Positions 38,716 through 54,400 of a stretch of DNA of 64,000 bases are shown here, one piece after another (the stretch's first letter is position 1; each line of letters opens with the position of its first letter). Origin of the DNA: Octopus vulgaris (taxonomy: Eukaryota); assembly GCA_951406725.2 (NCBI GenBank), contig OX597823.1:38006001-38070000 (forward strand). The letters are read 5' to 3'. A program made the position numbers and the translations under genes. The notes under the pieces were generated by a model that worked only from the letters and a program-made list of their open reading frames with translations, made no database searches and was not told the DNA's origin.

Positions 38716-41700
38716 TGGGACAAGAATGGAAAACATTTAGGAGACAATACAAAAAACATGGACAGGACATTCGAAGCCTTCAATCTTCAGTCAAGAACCG
38801 GATCATCCTCGCAATTTCAGCTGATTAATCTTGACATATATATATACATATAAATTTGTATATATATATATAAATCTATCTAAAACTCTCATTTAAAATA
38901 TCATTTCTTATATTGTGAGAGAGGTGTGAGAGATAGTGTGAGAGAGGTGTGAACAGTCTGAATAAATTATTCTCTTGAAAAGAAGACATTTTACACAAAT
39001 TTTCCTGGAGAGGAACAACAAAGTCAAGAAATCTTACCCGATTGTGCTGCTAGCCGCCATCAAATCTGCAATATGGCTATCACCATTCTCCAAGAGACAG
39101 TTTTCATTCTCCGACTGGCAACAACTCCCGCTGGTTATCCCACTGCTAGCAGTACCGGCTGTATCAGTGTCTTCTGTTTGACTGGTAGGCGCAGCAGGAG
39201 ATTTTTCTACTGTCTTTGGACCCGACCAGTCATCTTTCTTAACGCTGCTGCCGGAATCATTCAAATTTTTGGTTAGAGTATTTGTTGAATGTCTAAGAGA
39301 AACTGAAGATCTTTGGTTCAGTGGCAACACTTCCTTTAACCGCTTTGTACTGAGGTTACAACATGCATTCTCAAGACCTGGAGATTGGGTAACATTTTTA
39401 GGCAGAATGGTTTGAGGTTCAGTATTCCTTGTAGTCATTCGTGGTGACCGTTTTGCTCGCTTCCGGAGTCCATAAGCTGCCATGCTGGTGGGTGAGAAGT
39501 GAGGTTTTATCAAAACTCCTTTCGGACAAATAAGACGTGCCTTTTGTTGCAACTTTTGCCTGCGAGGACTGTTGCGCTTTTTCTCCAAACACAGAGATAT
39601 CTGCCGACAACCAGGTGGAGAAATCTGTTGGGGTTTGGGTGCAAGATGCTTAAAAACAGCAGATTTATTGCTTGAAGGAAGTCCTTTTGACTGTACAGTT
39701 TCATAGACAGGAAGCAGGTTTTTGGTTGGGGTCTTCTGGAGTTCTTTTTGCTTGGCTAAGGCTTCAGATATGAAAGCAGAGTTTCTGGCACTAACAATAG
39801 GGTTACTATTTGACAATAACTGGCTGGCTACTGTGGCTATAACATCGATAGAACTACTGGCAACATGGTCTGGTGATTCTGAAGAGAAGAAAACAAAAAG
39901 TTGAAGATAAAATGGTACCATTATCATCACAACAATTATCACATTTATTGTAGTTCTATCACACACGAACTATCTTTAGTTACTGTGATTGTCAGCAATA
40001 GTGGCCACTGTCAGTCAGTATTAGAAGATAACAGAAAGAGTGTCTTCACTGGGGTAAGAGAAAACAAAAAAAAACAAGAGAGGAAAGAAAAGTTTATAAG
40101 GCATTGGGTTGTCCATGTATGAAGTAGTGATCTGAGGAGAGGAAGGTAGTATGTCTGGTACTAGTTTTGGTTGTAAGAGTTACTGGAAAAATTGTCAAAC
40201 TCAGATGTAACACTGAGACATTTGTGTCAGGGATCTACTCTGATACTTCTATAATGGCTTTATGTTATCTCAAACACTCACAAAGCAAAGAAGTTATTTA
40301 ATCCATAGCTGGAGGTGAAATGGGGTGGAGCTTTTGATGATCACAAACTGCTGATATCTCTGACGGCAGACCACCACAGAGTACTTGGTACATTTAGCCT
40401 GGAATTGTAGAGGTCCCAGTTAACATGTATTACCAGTGCAAGCAGAATGACAGCACACAACCACCCTCACTGACACACAAAACACTCACATGACACATGC
40501 TATGGTTGTAGTAGTAGCATGATAGTGGAGCACTTAACAAAAAGAGGTCATTGAAAGAGTTGAAGGCCAAAGAATAAGGCAAATAACTGTAATAGGGATG
40601 TAAAACCAATCTAATTCTAGCAAACTTTATTCAATTGGTCCAAAACTGACCAAGACACATGAATAAAGGTTGCTTTTTTTATAACACCAGATCAAACCTG
40701 ATTGAGACCTATGATCAAAGGTATTCATTCAGCTGGGATCAACCCATCATTTTTTTCCTATCTAGGCATTGTGTACTCCAGACTACATTGTCCTTTTTCT
40801 ACATAACTTGAGAGAGATGTGGCTGCTGCTTCTAACAACCACAAAATGGCTCCATTAACAAAGGTGTTTTTAAGGACTACTAACAAGAACAGTAATTAAA
40901 AATTTGTGACATAACTTTTTAAGATTTCCTCCATCTGCCAGTGTAACAACAGACACCCTCCTTCTACACAGTTAAATGGCTAAAGGGATAATCATTCAAT
41001 AGTGGAAATACTTGCCCCAATATTTAGTAAACTAATCACTTCATCCTTCCCAAAAACAAAGTACAAACATAAATTAACTGACTGAACCCATCTCAGCCTG
41101 GATCATGGGACGTTAAACCATAAATGATGATCACCTGATTTGTCTGGATTTGGTGAAGAATCCTTTTGTTCAAAACTGACCAATGGTGAAGCTAACTTTG
41201 ATGGAGTGGTGGCACTAGAGGACAGCTGACCTGGACGGAAATCTGAGAGTATAACTTCTGATGTTGTCCCTCCACACATCAGGTGAACATTCTGAGAAAT
41301 TTCTTGGCTAAAAGTGGATCAAAATAAAAGATAATTTCATTATTAGACATTTCTTCTTCTTGTTTGTCACCAAGTCAACCTCATCACAATTTTTCCAGAT
41401 ACGATCTAACTACAATCTAATATGAATTTTTTTGATTTTCACAACATCAAGTGTGATTTAACTCTTTAGCATTCAGATTACTCTATCAAACGTAATGCTT
41501 ATTCATACATACTGTTTTGAATTAATCATACATTATCACCTAGCATTGAGGTTTCAGTGATGTGATAGTTTATCTTTAGAATGACATTGTAGGGTAAGTG
41601 TGAGAGGCCAGATCTGGCCAGTTTGAATATGAAACAGGTAGAGCATTTAGGCCACATGTGGCCAGTTTAAATGCTAAAGGGTTAATGGCAATTTAAATGC

Positions 41701-44700
41701 TTATTCTATCAGATCAAGAAAATACAAAAAAACTTCTTTGCTGACGCTGCTATTCATCGACAATATCTGTTCTTCAGTATCTGGACAAGGTTCCATGATA
41801 CATACATACATTATCACTTTAAGGATTTCTTAATTAGTTACAATATTTGAAACCATTAATGAATAATTTCTAATGAAATGTACTGCTCGTATGTTTAATT
41901 AATTTTGAAAATAATCAAGACTTTTGAGAGATTCAATAAAACAACTCATCTTAAAACTGATGTTTAAAGTATAACAAAAAGTTCTTACATAAAATTAAGA
42001 CTGAAGACATTTAAATATAAGCAGCATAAAACAGAAAATACAAGCAAGCAAAATTGAGTTCCTATGAAGGATCTCTGTAGTAACATAACTTGACAGACTT
42101 TAGCTCAAGGATCAGGGAGTCACTCCAGGCCTCTGCATTAATATAAAACAGTACTGGTTCTACGGATATGTGAATAGAATGTTGCAAGAAATAATCACAA
42201 GATGGATTCTTCAAGCCAAGCCAATTGGCAGGTGACTAGCGGGTTGATGAAGAACAAGATGGTTAGATAATATACATAGTCTCAGTTAATCAAAGCAGGA
42301 AATCCAACTGGAAAGTGTAATAATAATTGCATCTGATAGGACCCTATGGAAGAGGTGTGTGAGGACTTTACCTCCGTATCTCTCTCAGGATTAGTGGGTG
42401 GAAAAAACAGAAAAGGAAAAACTGACAGTCTAGTATTGTGGAACCAGAGGACATTCTCAGGCCAGGTTAAAAATAAACCCTGTGGAACCAGGGTCTGCTG
42501 TCTGGTAGACCCTTTACTTATTAAAAAAAGTAAAGAAGTACTGTTAAATGCCTCACTAAAGAACACAATGCAATGATAAAAGGGACATGAAGAATTATTT
42601 ATACCATCATCATTTCATGTTTGTTTTCTATGCTGGCAGGGAAGGACAGTTTGACAAGAACTGGCAAGTCAGAAGACTGTACCAAGCTCTGCTGTCTGAT
42701 TTGGCATAGTTTCTACAGCTTGATGCCCTTCCTAACACCAACCACTTCACAGAGTGTACTGGGTGCTTTTTACATGGCATTAGCAGCAGTGAGGTCACCA
42801 AGTAACTTGCAGGAAAAGACCCCCTCAACTAGTGGTAGAACGAATAACATTGAGAGATAGAAAAAGGTGTCTTGCATTAGAAGAGAACCATGGCTAACTC
42901 AACCCAAGTTATATGGAGATGTATATAGTGAAGTTGACAGGGGATTAGAGAGGGTGAATGGATGGGTGAGTTAGTGGGAAACCACTTGATAAATAAACAT
43001 TTAAACTGACATAAACTGAGTTTGTGAAAACAATAGAAAATAGGTTAAATGTTATATGGTCAACGAGTTCAGGGCTTCAAAATTGTGAAATCAAATCTTG
43101 AAAACTTGTAAATTCTCTTTTCATTAATTCTAGTGAAACACTGAGTTTAAACCAATTTATTGTAGTGTCCTCCTTGCAGATTTGATATTCTCAAATACTA
43201 ATAGGAGAGCTGACAATTAGAATTGGCCACACATAGTAAACAGTGGCATAAAGAAGATGTAAACTTTGTAAAAGTTAAATGCAACATCATTTACAGATAT
43301 AATAGTTTTATCATCATAGTTATATTTCTACTAATTGTGTAGACTAACCTCTCCATCATTAAGCTAGTGTTTGGAACATAACATTTTTACTTAAAATTAG
43401 GATTGAAGGTTAAAATAAAAACACTTTTAAACAGATGGTTTTGCATCATGCAACCAGGCACACTTTGTCCAAAATCAAAAGAACTGATGAAAGAATTGTT
43501 AGAATATTGATATGTGGTAGTTGTGTACATCAAAGATTTATAAGATATAAGCATATTGTCAGATTGAATACTCACGCATCAGTTGGTACCAAGTTAACGC
43601 TAGTTATTGCAAGAGTAGGAGGTGACGAGAGGACCAATTTCTCTTTTGATGTTTGTAGATTACTTTCAATTAGTTTTTTACTCTTAACTTGCTTCCGACG
43701 GCTGTTGGGTTTTGTAGCTTTCCGTGTTAGCAGTGAGGTCTTTTCGGACGGAGGATCAATTATCAACTGTAGAATAACACAAGACAGGGAAAAATAGAAA
43801 CTCACTTCATAGACATGTCCATCAAATGGTAATTACACAGTCTAATATTAAATGTCACACCACAAACTTCCACATGATTTCAGGTTCCTTCTCAGTGCAA
43901 TGTACCAAAGCCATATGTAAGATGTTCTCTTGGCAATTACCTGGTTTCAGGTTCAGTTCTACTGCATGGCACCTTATGTAAATATCTTCCACTAAAACCT
44001 TGGGATGATTCCATAAAAGAAAAGACAAAAAAAAAAAAGAAAATTGCCAACCTAAAGACAGCAGCAGTTGTTATTTCCTGGTCAACATATCAGCCAGTAC
44101 TTCCAGTACTTTTGTTGTTTGCAAAAGTAAATGGAATGAAAACTCCTTTACTTGAAAAACAGGTGAGAGTTAACAAAAGGAAAGGCTTCTGGTTATAAAT
44201 CAATGCCTCAACAGAATTTCATTTAACCCATGCTAACATAGACAGGCAGACATAGTGTGAATGAATGAATTAAACTAGCAGACAAAATATTTAACTGAAA
44301 CTAAATCTAGGTACTGTGAAACATAGTTGGTTCAACTGGATGACTGACACTTGCAGCTGGCAGCTTTTCTTAGGCGGGAGACTTACTCATCATAAGATCA
44401 CTTCATTTTATAAACTGTTCTGTCCCCTACCATGTATTACCCTAGTCTGAGATCTATTCCTAATATTTACAGAAAAGTATCGTTAAAAAGCATTCAATTA
44501 ATCCAACTTACCTTGTACCAGCTTGGAGCATCTGCGTGAGGTGAACTTCCCTTGGGAGATAAAAAGCCTTGAGCTTGACTCAGTGTCGCAGTGGGAAAGT
44601 CATCAGGTAGTTTCATAGTTTGTGCAACAACCTGTAAACCATGAAATACATAATTAAATACACCAACAGAGTTTACACAAAGCTATACACTATACAGGAC

Positions 44701-47700
44701 TAAAACAGACTAAGATATTTCATTAGGGAACCAACTGCTTCAAATCATCAATCAATAAGCATAATCAATACAGGATATAATATCTTTTGAAAGGGATTCC
44801 ATCAAACTAAAGAGTACTAAAGTGATACTAATCTTCTTTGTTGACAAAAAGCAAGATATATTGCAAAGCATCGCATGAATGAAGAGTTTTATTTATGAAT
44901 CTGATGATGGCAATGACGATGATGATGACATCACTGTCACAACACTTCAAAATATCATGTTGGCCATGTTCTTCATCAACCAAAATAATTGCCACTTTCT
45001 TTAAAACTCAGGAACATTAAATCAATGGATACATTCTTCTTCTGGTCTTTTGTCAATATTGATGACAATTTGATTGAAATCTATTCTAAAGAATAGCAGA
45101 ATCTTCTGACAGAATTGTTTCTGTGAAATATTTCTTGTAGCATCAAAACTAGTTCTAATTTTGTACTTGGACAGTCTGAGTTGTGACACCATGCATCCAT
45201 TTGAATGTCACCAATAAAATGTAAAACTTTTAGCTTTTTATTCTCTAAAGACTTTAGAGAATTAATTCTGTGATAAGTTTGTCCTGGCACTTTAAAAGTC
45301 AGCATAAACCCATTTTCCCTGACAATTTTTGTTCCAAATGATGTCATTTGAAAAACACATTTAGATGATTAAAAGTTTTTTAATCTCTACTATTTCACAA
45401 TCTTATGTAAATCTGTTATCTAAGCACTTACCTTGATAGGGTTATCAACAGCTCTTTTGGAACGAAGGTTTTTTAGCCGTGCCCGGATTTGCTTTTCAGT
45501 TCGGCAGGGTAATAATAACTGTCTGATGTACATACACCTTTTAAATGAATTCACATGACGGAACTGTTCAAAGCCCAAAGCTAAAAGACTACAATAAATA
45601 AAATAAAAGCCAAAAAAAAAAAGGGGAATTAGTAAATTTATGAACATGAAGTTATCTCATTGTGAGACATTAATAACGGGTGTGAAGAAATGATGGTAAA
45701 TCAAGACATTGAAATAGCTGAGGTTGTTCAGGCAGACGTACACAGTTGCCACTGAGTAATGAACTGATCAAGTCACTGAACATTAATAATCAATAGATAT
45801 TGATTAGAGAATTTGATTTGAGGAGGACGGGAAGCACCTGTAATGCTTGAAGCCTCCATCTCTCCACAATGTCCAGCTTAAACTTCTGTAGGTTGATGTC
45901 TGGGGGATGAGGATTGTGTGAGCAGAGAGAGAGAGAGAGAGAGAGATGCAAGGCAAGAAAGAACTGTATTAAGTATTTGGTGGTTGACAAACTATGAAGA
46001 TGACAAGAAAATTAGCTGGATGCATCGGATCAGTTTGGATGCAGGAAACATGGAGTATTTTACTTTAGAAAAGTAGAGAGAGAAACAGTAAGGAGACACA
46101 GCACATCATTATCATCATCATCATCATAATTTAACATTCACATTCCATGCTGGCATGGGTTGGCTGGTTTGATAAGATCTAAGCTGAAGTACTGTCTTGA
46201 GCCTCGATGTCTACTTTAGCATAGTTTCTATAGCTGGATGCCCTTTCTAATGTGAACCACTTTACAGTATGTACTGAAACTTATTTCGAGACACCAGCAC
46301 AATGGTTGTAGTGTGTTAATGAGATAAGTGTTGCTGGTTTTTTTATATTTTGTTTTATTTTGACATAGTCAAAAATGCTTTTGTATACAGTAACTGCACT
46401 GTCCCTAATACATGGGAAGGGGTTCATGGAATCTGTTTAGTGTAACATAATGTAAACCTGAAAGAACACTGATATAACATAATAAAGAGTTTGGTGGTTA
46501 GAAATAACTCGTGACAGTTGCTGAGGTAGAATGTGAGAAAAATAACAGTCACAAAAGATATTTTACCAGAGATGGAAGAATGTGGGTCAGATACAGCCAG
46601 CTGATGCATGCTAACACAAACCAAATTTTATTGTATGGGCAATCAACTTTACTAGTCCCCAAATCAAATACCATTGAAAACTTTGTTAATATCAAAATCA
46701 ACAACATTGCTTTCGTTGAATTTGTCAAAAGTGAGAAACTGTTGATGTATAAAGTGGAACAGCAGAGATCAAACAGACTGAGTGATGTAAGGTAAAGAGA
46801 TAAGTAAATAGATAATAAGTATATTGGGTGGAAAACAGCTGGCATTTTCTAGTATGGAACAGTGTCTACACTTGAAGGCCAGAGATGAAGTAAGGAGAAT
46901 CGACCATGCATTTCAGGAATATTCACTCTTATATATCTTGTTGTACCAATGCATGCTTGTTTAATTAGATACACAAACATCAGATCAGAATCCACAGACA
47001 CAGACACAAATTAAAATCACCACTACTTACTTGTCTTGAGCAGGAGAAAAGGTATGTTTAAGATTCCTGAGCTTAACTTTAGTGATGGAGCTACATATTG
47101 GCAACAATGGCGAACACAGGAAAATATCTGACTTTGCCACAAATAACTTTTTTAAGTCTTCAGATAAACCTGCAAACAGAAATTGAAAGAACATAAGGGT
47201 AATTCTAAAACAATTTTTATAAATTACTTAGACAAGGTGAAGAATCTTTTAGTGATTAAATGTTAAGTTTGAGCAAGGGAAATTAAAAGTGAGCACAGAT
47301 AAAAACACAGATAACACAGTGTATATTTATGTTGATTATAAACCAAATATTAGACATTAAAATATTGGATACTTTTAAATAATAATATTATAAATGAATG
47401 TTTAATATCACATCAAATTTCAGGAATTAATTTGATAGTCCCATAACAAAGTCATTTGTTTTGCTTATTTCTAAATCTATGACTATATATTAGACCAACA
47501 GATGTCATTAAGAGATCTTAATGTTACTCTGCCACATCTAATGTTATTGTCATCTAGAGATTATTACCCAAATATATTTTGTTTCATTTTCCATTGAATG
47601 ATTACAATATTCAACTGATCCCAACTATATCAAAAGACAATACTACACTGAAAGATATAGATTTTTCTGTTATCTTGAGATATTATCAGTAAAGAGGTTA

Positions 47701-48447
47701 TCAAGGAAAACAATTTCTAATATAAGAAAATGAACCAATTAGGGACCATATCACATAAGTAACCTTCAAACAGTATATTCTATATATATATATCTGAACT
47801 TATAGATGCATCAATATTTATCCAACTGCTACACAACATATAAGCATGCACAACCAATGTTTATTTATACAATTAACTAAAACTAATATCCACACTACCA
47901 CATCCAAACAAACCCAGACACACATTCACAAATTTTGTATTTAACATTACTTTTACAAAAATGTTCCTTCTTCACACTTGGTTGAAATTCCTCTAGGACT
48001 TTTAAGGATCCTTCCAAGTTGCTAGCAAGGAACACTGACTTGTCTTTTGCTGGGCTCTGATTACCAAACATTTTTAATTCTTGCTGAAAACGAGAAAAAT
48101 AAAAAGAAAAGAAATGGATTGGATTACTTATCAATTGTAAAATTAATATTAAGGAGAAGGAAACTGATGCCAATGATTTTCAGAGATCAAGCTCTTGAAC
48201 AGTGATTATTTTGATGAAATGAATCACAAAATCGGATTCATCATGAAAAAGCACATCAATATACCAAATTTGAAAATTTGCATTTAATTTTTAAATTTCT
48301 GTGATAATATACAGCAACAGCAACAGGAAAGATCTCACTCTCTCTATTTGTCTATCTCTTCCATATATGTTTTTCTTATGGTAAACTTTCCCCCATCTCT
48401 GTATATATTCACCACACTCTCTTTCACTCTTTGTGTGTATATGTGTG

Positions 48448-48478
<31 letters not shown>

Positions 48479-51400
48479 CACTCATGCTGAGTATGTGTGT
48501 GTGAGGAACTTCATGAGTGCAACAGAGTTGGAAATACCCTCACAAAGCATCAGCAATAAGCTATGAAAAAATTTTAGATCTATGCACCAAAGGGAAAAAC
48601 AAAAACTTCATCATCATAAATTGCCCCAACTAATGCAGATACCTGCCTTGATCAAGAGGCCTATCCATCGGAGGAGACATCGGAGGAGATATATATATAA
48701 GGCGGTAAGCTGGCAGAATCGTTAGCACGCCGGACAAAATGCTTAGCGGCATTTCGTCTGCCGTTACGTTCTGAGTTCAAATTCCGCCGAGGTCGACTTT
48801 GCCTTTCATCCTTTCGGCGTCAATAAATTAAGTACCAGTTACACACTGGCAGCGATGTAATCAACTTAATCCCTTTGTCTGTCCTTGTTTGTCCCCTCTA
48901 TGTTTAGCCCCCTGTGGGCAATAAAGAAATAAGTATATAGTAGAATCAAAGAAAAGATAAATATAAACATATTGATACTCTACTAAAGTAACAGATTGGC
49001 AGCAGCAACTGTGTAAACCTAAGTCAGCTCTTCCTAATCAAGGAGGTTTTTGATCAAAGGTATTCTAGCCATAACCATCTTTATCCTGTTTCCAACATAG
49101 TGTATCAAAGAATAAATTATCCAATGGTTTCTTTCTTCCCTAAGATGATATTGTGTAATTTGAGGAAGAATTGGATGCCATTTCAAGTGGTCTTGGATTC
49201 AGTTCCATTGCATGTCACCTTGACCGAGTGTTTTCTACTATAGCCCTGGGCCAGCCACAGCCTTGTGAGTGGACTTAGTAACAAAAACTGAAAGAAGCCA
49301 GTCATATATGTAAATGTATGTACCCTCACCATGACAACACATAATGGTTATAAATGAGCTTCACTGTCATACAAGCTATGGTATTCATTTCCAGTTTTCC
49401 ATAACATGTCTGATCATGAGAAATATTACTTGCCTGGAACAGGTGTGAATTGGGAAAAGGAAGGGCATCCAGCCATAGAAAATCTGCCTCAACATGGAAA
49501 AGTAGATGCTAAATGATAATAATAATGATGACTACTTGTAGTCAGTAAATGATTATAAAGAAGAACATTTATAGTCTTGCAGGATAAGCATTATTTCTGA
49601 GACACAGAAAGGAATACTTATTAAGAAACAGTTGGAAGCCATTCATATAGATTCTACATGGGTCTGCCATTCAGCAAAACAGTGAAATAAACTTACCAAA
49701 AATTTAATGCATTGATTGCTTTCATTAATATAATCCTCTTGGCCATGGGTTAACAGTGCCAGCTGACAAAGAAGTTGGGTGTGCTGAAACAAAATGAAAA
49801 TAGAAATTAAAATTATTGATTAACAAACACATGGCTATAAATTTTGTAAAACTTTTAGAATAATACATATAAGTTTTGTAAAACTTTGATGGCACATAAG
49901 ACACACTTGTTTTCCTAAAAAATGTAAGAAAAAAAAGATCATCCAGCATTCTACATGCAAAGTTGGGCCTATATTACATGCTTTATTACACTAAAAACTT
50001 TTTCCCTAAATATGCACTGCTGAAATTGGGATGCATCTAATATGCCCATTTGTCTGTTATGCTATCAAATATCACCAGCATCCTTTAACATCTGTTTTTC
50101 CATGCTGGCATGAGTTGGATGGTTTGACCAGAGCTGGCAAACAGAAAAGCCTCACCAGGTTCCAGTCTGATTTGGCTTGGTTTCTACAGCTGAATACCCT
50201 TCCTAATGCCAACCACTTTATAGTGTGTGCTGGGTGCTTTTAAACTGGCACCAACACAAGCGCTTTAACGTGGTACCAACACAAATGCTTTTTATGTGGC
50301 ACTGATACAAGGCTCTTGCAGACCAATCCTATTCATCAGGGAAAGCAGCCTTAAAACTTTCGCTGTGGAGGATGAGTCGTCTTCTTGAGTACAGCAAGGC
50401 ACCAGAAACAGTAAAATATTTAGAAATGAGGCAATGAGAATCATGTAATGATATTATCAATAAGGGGACATTTGTTGTTGGTTTTTTTCTGTTAGCTTTT
50501 TAATGAGGAGCCTTGTTTATTATTTAATTTCAGGTCTGCCCTGATTAAGCAAACCTAGGGTCAAAGTATTCCAACTGAGGCCATCATGCCTTTTACATAT
50601 AACACAAGTATTACATTGCCCAATGTGTTTTCCATTTTTAAGATAGAAGAGTGTAAGATGGAGGAGATTTGACTGCTGCTTCTAGCAAATTGTGCAATTG
50701 CAAAGACATAGGTGGATACTGATGCCGTTCTTTCTTTATACTGCTTTTAGTTTAAATCACCACATATGGTATATGTATGATTTACTGTATCAGTTTAAAT
50801 CAATGAACAATTCAATATATCAGTATGAATAAACCATGTCTATAATTAATATATATATATAAATACATATTCTAATACAACTTTTTAAATCATCATATGT
50901 AATTAATATTGGTTTCAAATTTGGGCACAAGGTCAGCAAGTTATGGAGAGGGAGTAAGTTGATTACATCAACCCCAGTGTTCAACTGGTACTTATTTTAT
51001 CAACCCTGAAAGGATGAAAGGCAAAGTCAACCTCAGCAGAATCTGAACTCAGAACATAAAGACAGATATCTTATTAATAATAATAATGTACAAATGTATC
51101 AGTTTAAACCAACTTCTGTAATTAACAGGTAGAATTCAATGTATCAGTTAATAAGCCATTAAATATTTCACTCAAGATCAAATAAACAGGATCAGTGATC
51201 AAATACCTGTTTGTAAGATAGTTGGACTATTCAAGATAATCACCTGATACAGGTGACAATAACTGCTATAATCATTATACCATTCAATTCTCAACATCAT
51301 CATTTAGCATCCATGTTCCCTGCTGGCAGAATGGGTTGGATGGTCTGACAAGATCTAAGGACTGCATTGTGCTCCACTGTCTACTTTGGGATGGTTTCTA

Positions 51401-54400
51401 TGGCTGAATGCCCTTCTTAATTCCAACCACTTGACAGAGAGTACTGAGTTATGACATCAGCATTTATGAGGTGGCCATGCAAACCAACAAGACTAAGATC
51501 CCCTTCAGTTGAGTAGGGCTACAGTAGATAAAGAGTTGGCTTTATGCTATGGGATAAGGAATCAGTATGAAAGAAGGGTCCAAGACAGAACAGGTTTCTT
51601 ACTGTAGAGATGCTACAAGGCTACTCATATTTTACAAGAGAGGGTGATGATGACCAGGGTGAAGTTAAGAAGAGATAATAACAGTGAAGATGTCTCAAAA
51701 TAGAGGTGAGTAGAAGTGAATGAAGACAGGAAAACAGGAAGTGTAGGCAGGTTAAGGTTTCAAGAGTATGTAAGAGAGGGTGAAATGGTTCATCATCATT
51801 TAATGTCCACCTTCCATGCTAGCATGGGTGGGACAGTTTCACAAGAGCTGGCCAGGCAGAAGCCAGCACAAGACTTCTGTGACTGTTTTGGCAGGATTTT
51901 TACAGCTGATGCCCTTCCTAACACCAACCACTCAGCAGATTGGGCTTAGAGCTTTTCATGTGGCACAAGCACAGGTGACATGAGTAGCGCTTTTTACATG
52001 GCACAAGCACAGGCGAGTTCATTTTTGGCAAAGTTTTTACAGCTGGATGCCCTTACAAACAGCAACCACTTTACAGGGTGGACTGGGTGCTTTTAAGTGG
52101 CACCTGCACTGAGAGGGTCACCAAGTATTTGTAAGACAAAGAAATGAAGCTTTCAAGAGGGGAGAAGATATTTGAGGTGGTGATCTTGTGTTGTGTGATG
52201 AAAAGGTTATAGTGAGACAGATATGGGTGTCTTGCTGTAGAGGAAGTACAAAGTTACCCGGCCAGAGAGAGAGATCAGGAATGAAGACAGAAACAAGTAC
52301 ACTACTGCAAAGGAAATACATGGTTACCCAATCTGAGGGAAGTACAAGAGAAGGAGAGAGAGTGGGAGACAGCAGGATAGAGATGGTTGCAAAATGCCAA
52401 GCACACTCACAAAGAATGGGGATCAGAATATAAATGGGATGGTTGAGTAAAGGACCTTATAAAACTGACATTTTTTTTTTAATGGAAAATGTAAATATAT
52501 ATATATATAGTCTCGATTTAATATTGTGTTGGAGAAGAATCAGATTCACAATATAGCAACCTATCACAATAAAATATTTGTTGGATATGTACCTGTTTCA
52601 TATGTTCCGCAATAATCAAAGTCTGCTCAGGTGTGACAGTGATATCTACATTTGATGGTTGACCAAATTTACAAATATCAGTCCTGAAATAAAAGAAAAA
52701 AGAAAAACACAATAAACCAACAGGATCAAGATTGTATTTCCTAGATGTTATTCTTTAATCTATTAGCCAGGAGGGAAGGACAGTAACCATAACACTTTAT
52801 TGGCCCATCAAGACTAGTGGGGGCTGAGAGGGAAGGAGATATTTTCAAACTAGAGACCCGGATCCAAATACTTACAAAAAAAAGGACTCCTCTAAAGGCA
52901 TCCAAGGACCATGGGGTGGTGGTGATAGTATTAAATGAAGAGATGAATTAAGTCACACCAATGTCTCAACATGAGACCTTCACAAAACCCATTTATAATT
53001 AGTCACACTAAGTTGTAGGCAACAACTGGATAGTTGAGGTGGTTTTGTCTAGTCTACTTACCTTTAGATCACTGATATTGTCATATGCTACCTGGAGCAG
53101 TAGACATTTGACCAACCTATGAAGTGACATCATCCAAACACAATCAAACACCTATTCCAATGTTCTCAACCAGGGTCCAGAAGATTTTGGTGGGTATACA
53201 CAAGTAAAATAGTAATTTGGGGCTCCACAGTATTATTTTAAGGATCCATAGAAAAATTTGCTTTAGAGGTATCTATTGCAAGAAACAGCTAGGTTTTTTT
53301 CTCTAATGTTTAACACAGTCCAACATGTTTCTTGCTGGGTGAACATGAGAACATGTGAAAAGCAAAATAGGAATTTTAAAAGAAGTATCTATAAAACTAG
53401 TTTTTAAAACATCAAATGGTTATGGAGATCCATTGGAATAAAATAGTAATCAAAGGAATCCCATAAGTTAAAAATGTTCAAGAACCACTGATCAATGGAA
53501 AAATGAATGTAAACATATCTCAAAAATTACATTGACAAAGGTATCCCATCCCATATTTTTACAGTTTCACACCTATTCATACATGCTTACACAGGTGGAG
53601 GGGATTTATTTGTAGAAACAATTGCTTTTTACAGTAAATTTCCTTGCCTACCATGAACCATTCAACTGCGAAATAAGAATGGAATTTGTTTTAATGTCCT
53701 CTTTTTCATATTGGCAGAGTTGGACAGATCTCCAGGAAAGAAAATTACCAATCACTGCAATTTTGTATCATTTCATTTTTGGAGTCTGACCTCACTCTCT
53801 CACTCCATGCTTCTTTGGTCAAACAAATCTCTATCATCACAGCATTTCTATTGCCAGTTCATCTGTATACAGGCATTTCTCCTGCACACTTAAAATTCAT
53901 TTATTTAATACCCAACTACCCTCTCAGCTTTACCTCTCATACAAAGTGATGTTACACTTTTAACAGATCATATTTAATTCATGTTTAATTCATTTTACCC
54001 TAGTTTCTTCACATCTCCCATACTTGATGCCTATATCTCACTACCATTCAACACCACATTTTTTGCACAAGCTTCATATAACTGCCTTTTTCACAAAGAA
54101 ACTTTTTACAGCTCATTCCTTACTGCTGAAACAATCAATGCCTTAGCAATTACCAATGCAGTTCTATTTAAATAACCTGGGTAACAGAAACTATTGACTA
54201 ATTCTTGTGAGTCATCTGAGCTCTACCACATTTCATAGCTATCTCTATTGTTAACTACTTTTAACCATTTAACACATCTGAAGTTCTGTTTGTTTATGTC
54301 TGCCAAAGACACCCATGTTTTTTGAAAGCCATCTACCCAAAAATTTTCTAGTGTCTCCACTTATATATACTTGCTCTAGAGTCACTACTTTCCCATACTT

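Noticed and set aside
46511-46845. Overlapping ~95-aa ORFs on both strands
   Set aside because: No recognisable motif, and not needed for the GON4L phase chain; probably decayed repeat sequence.
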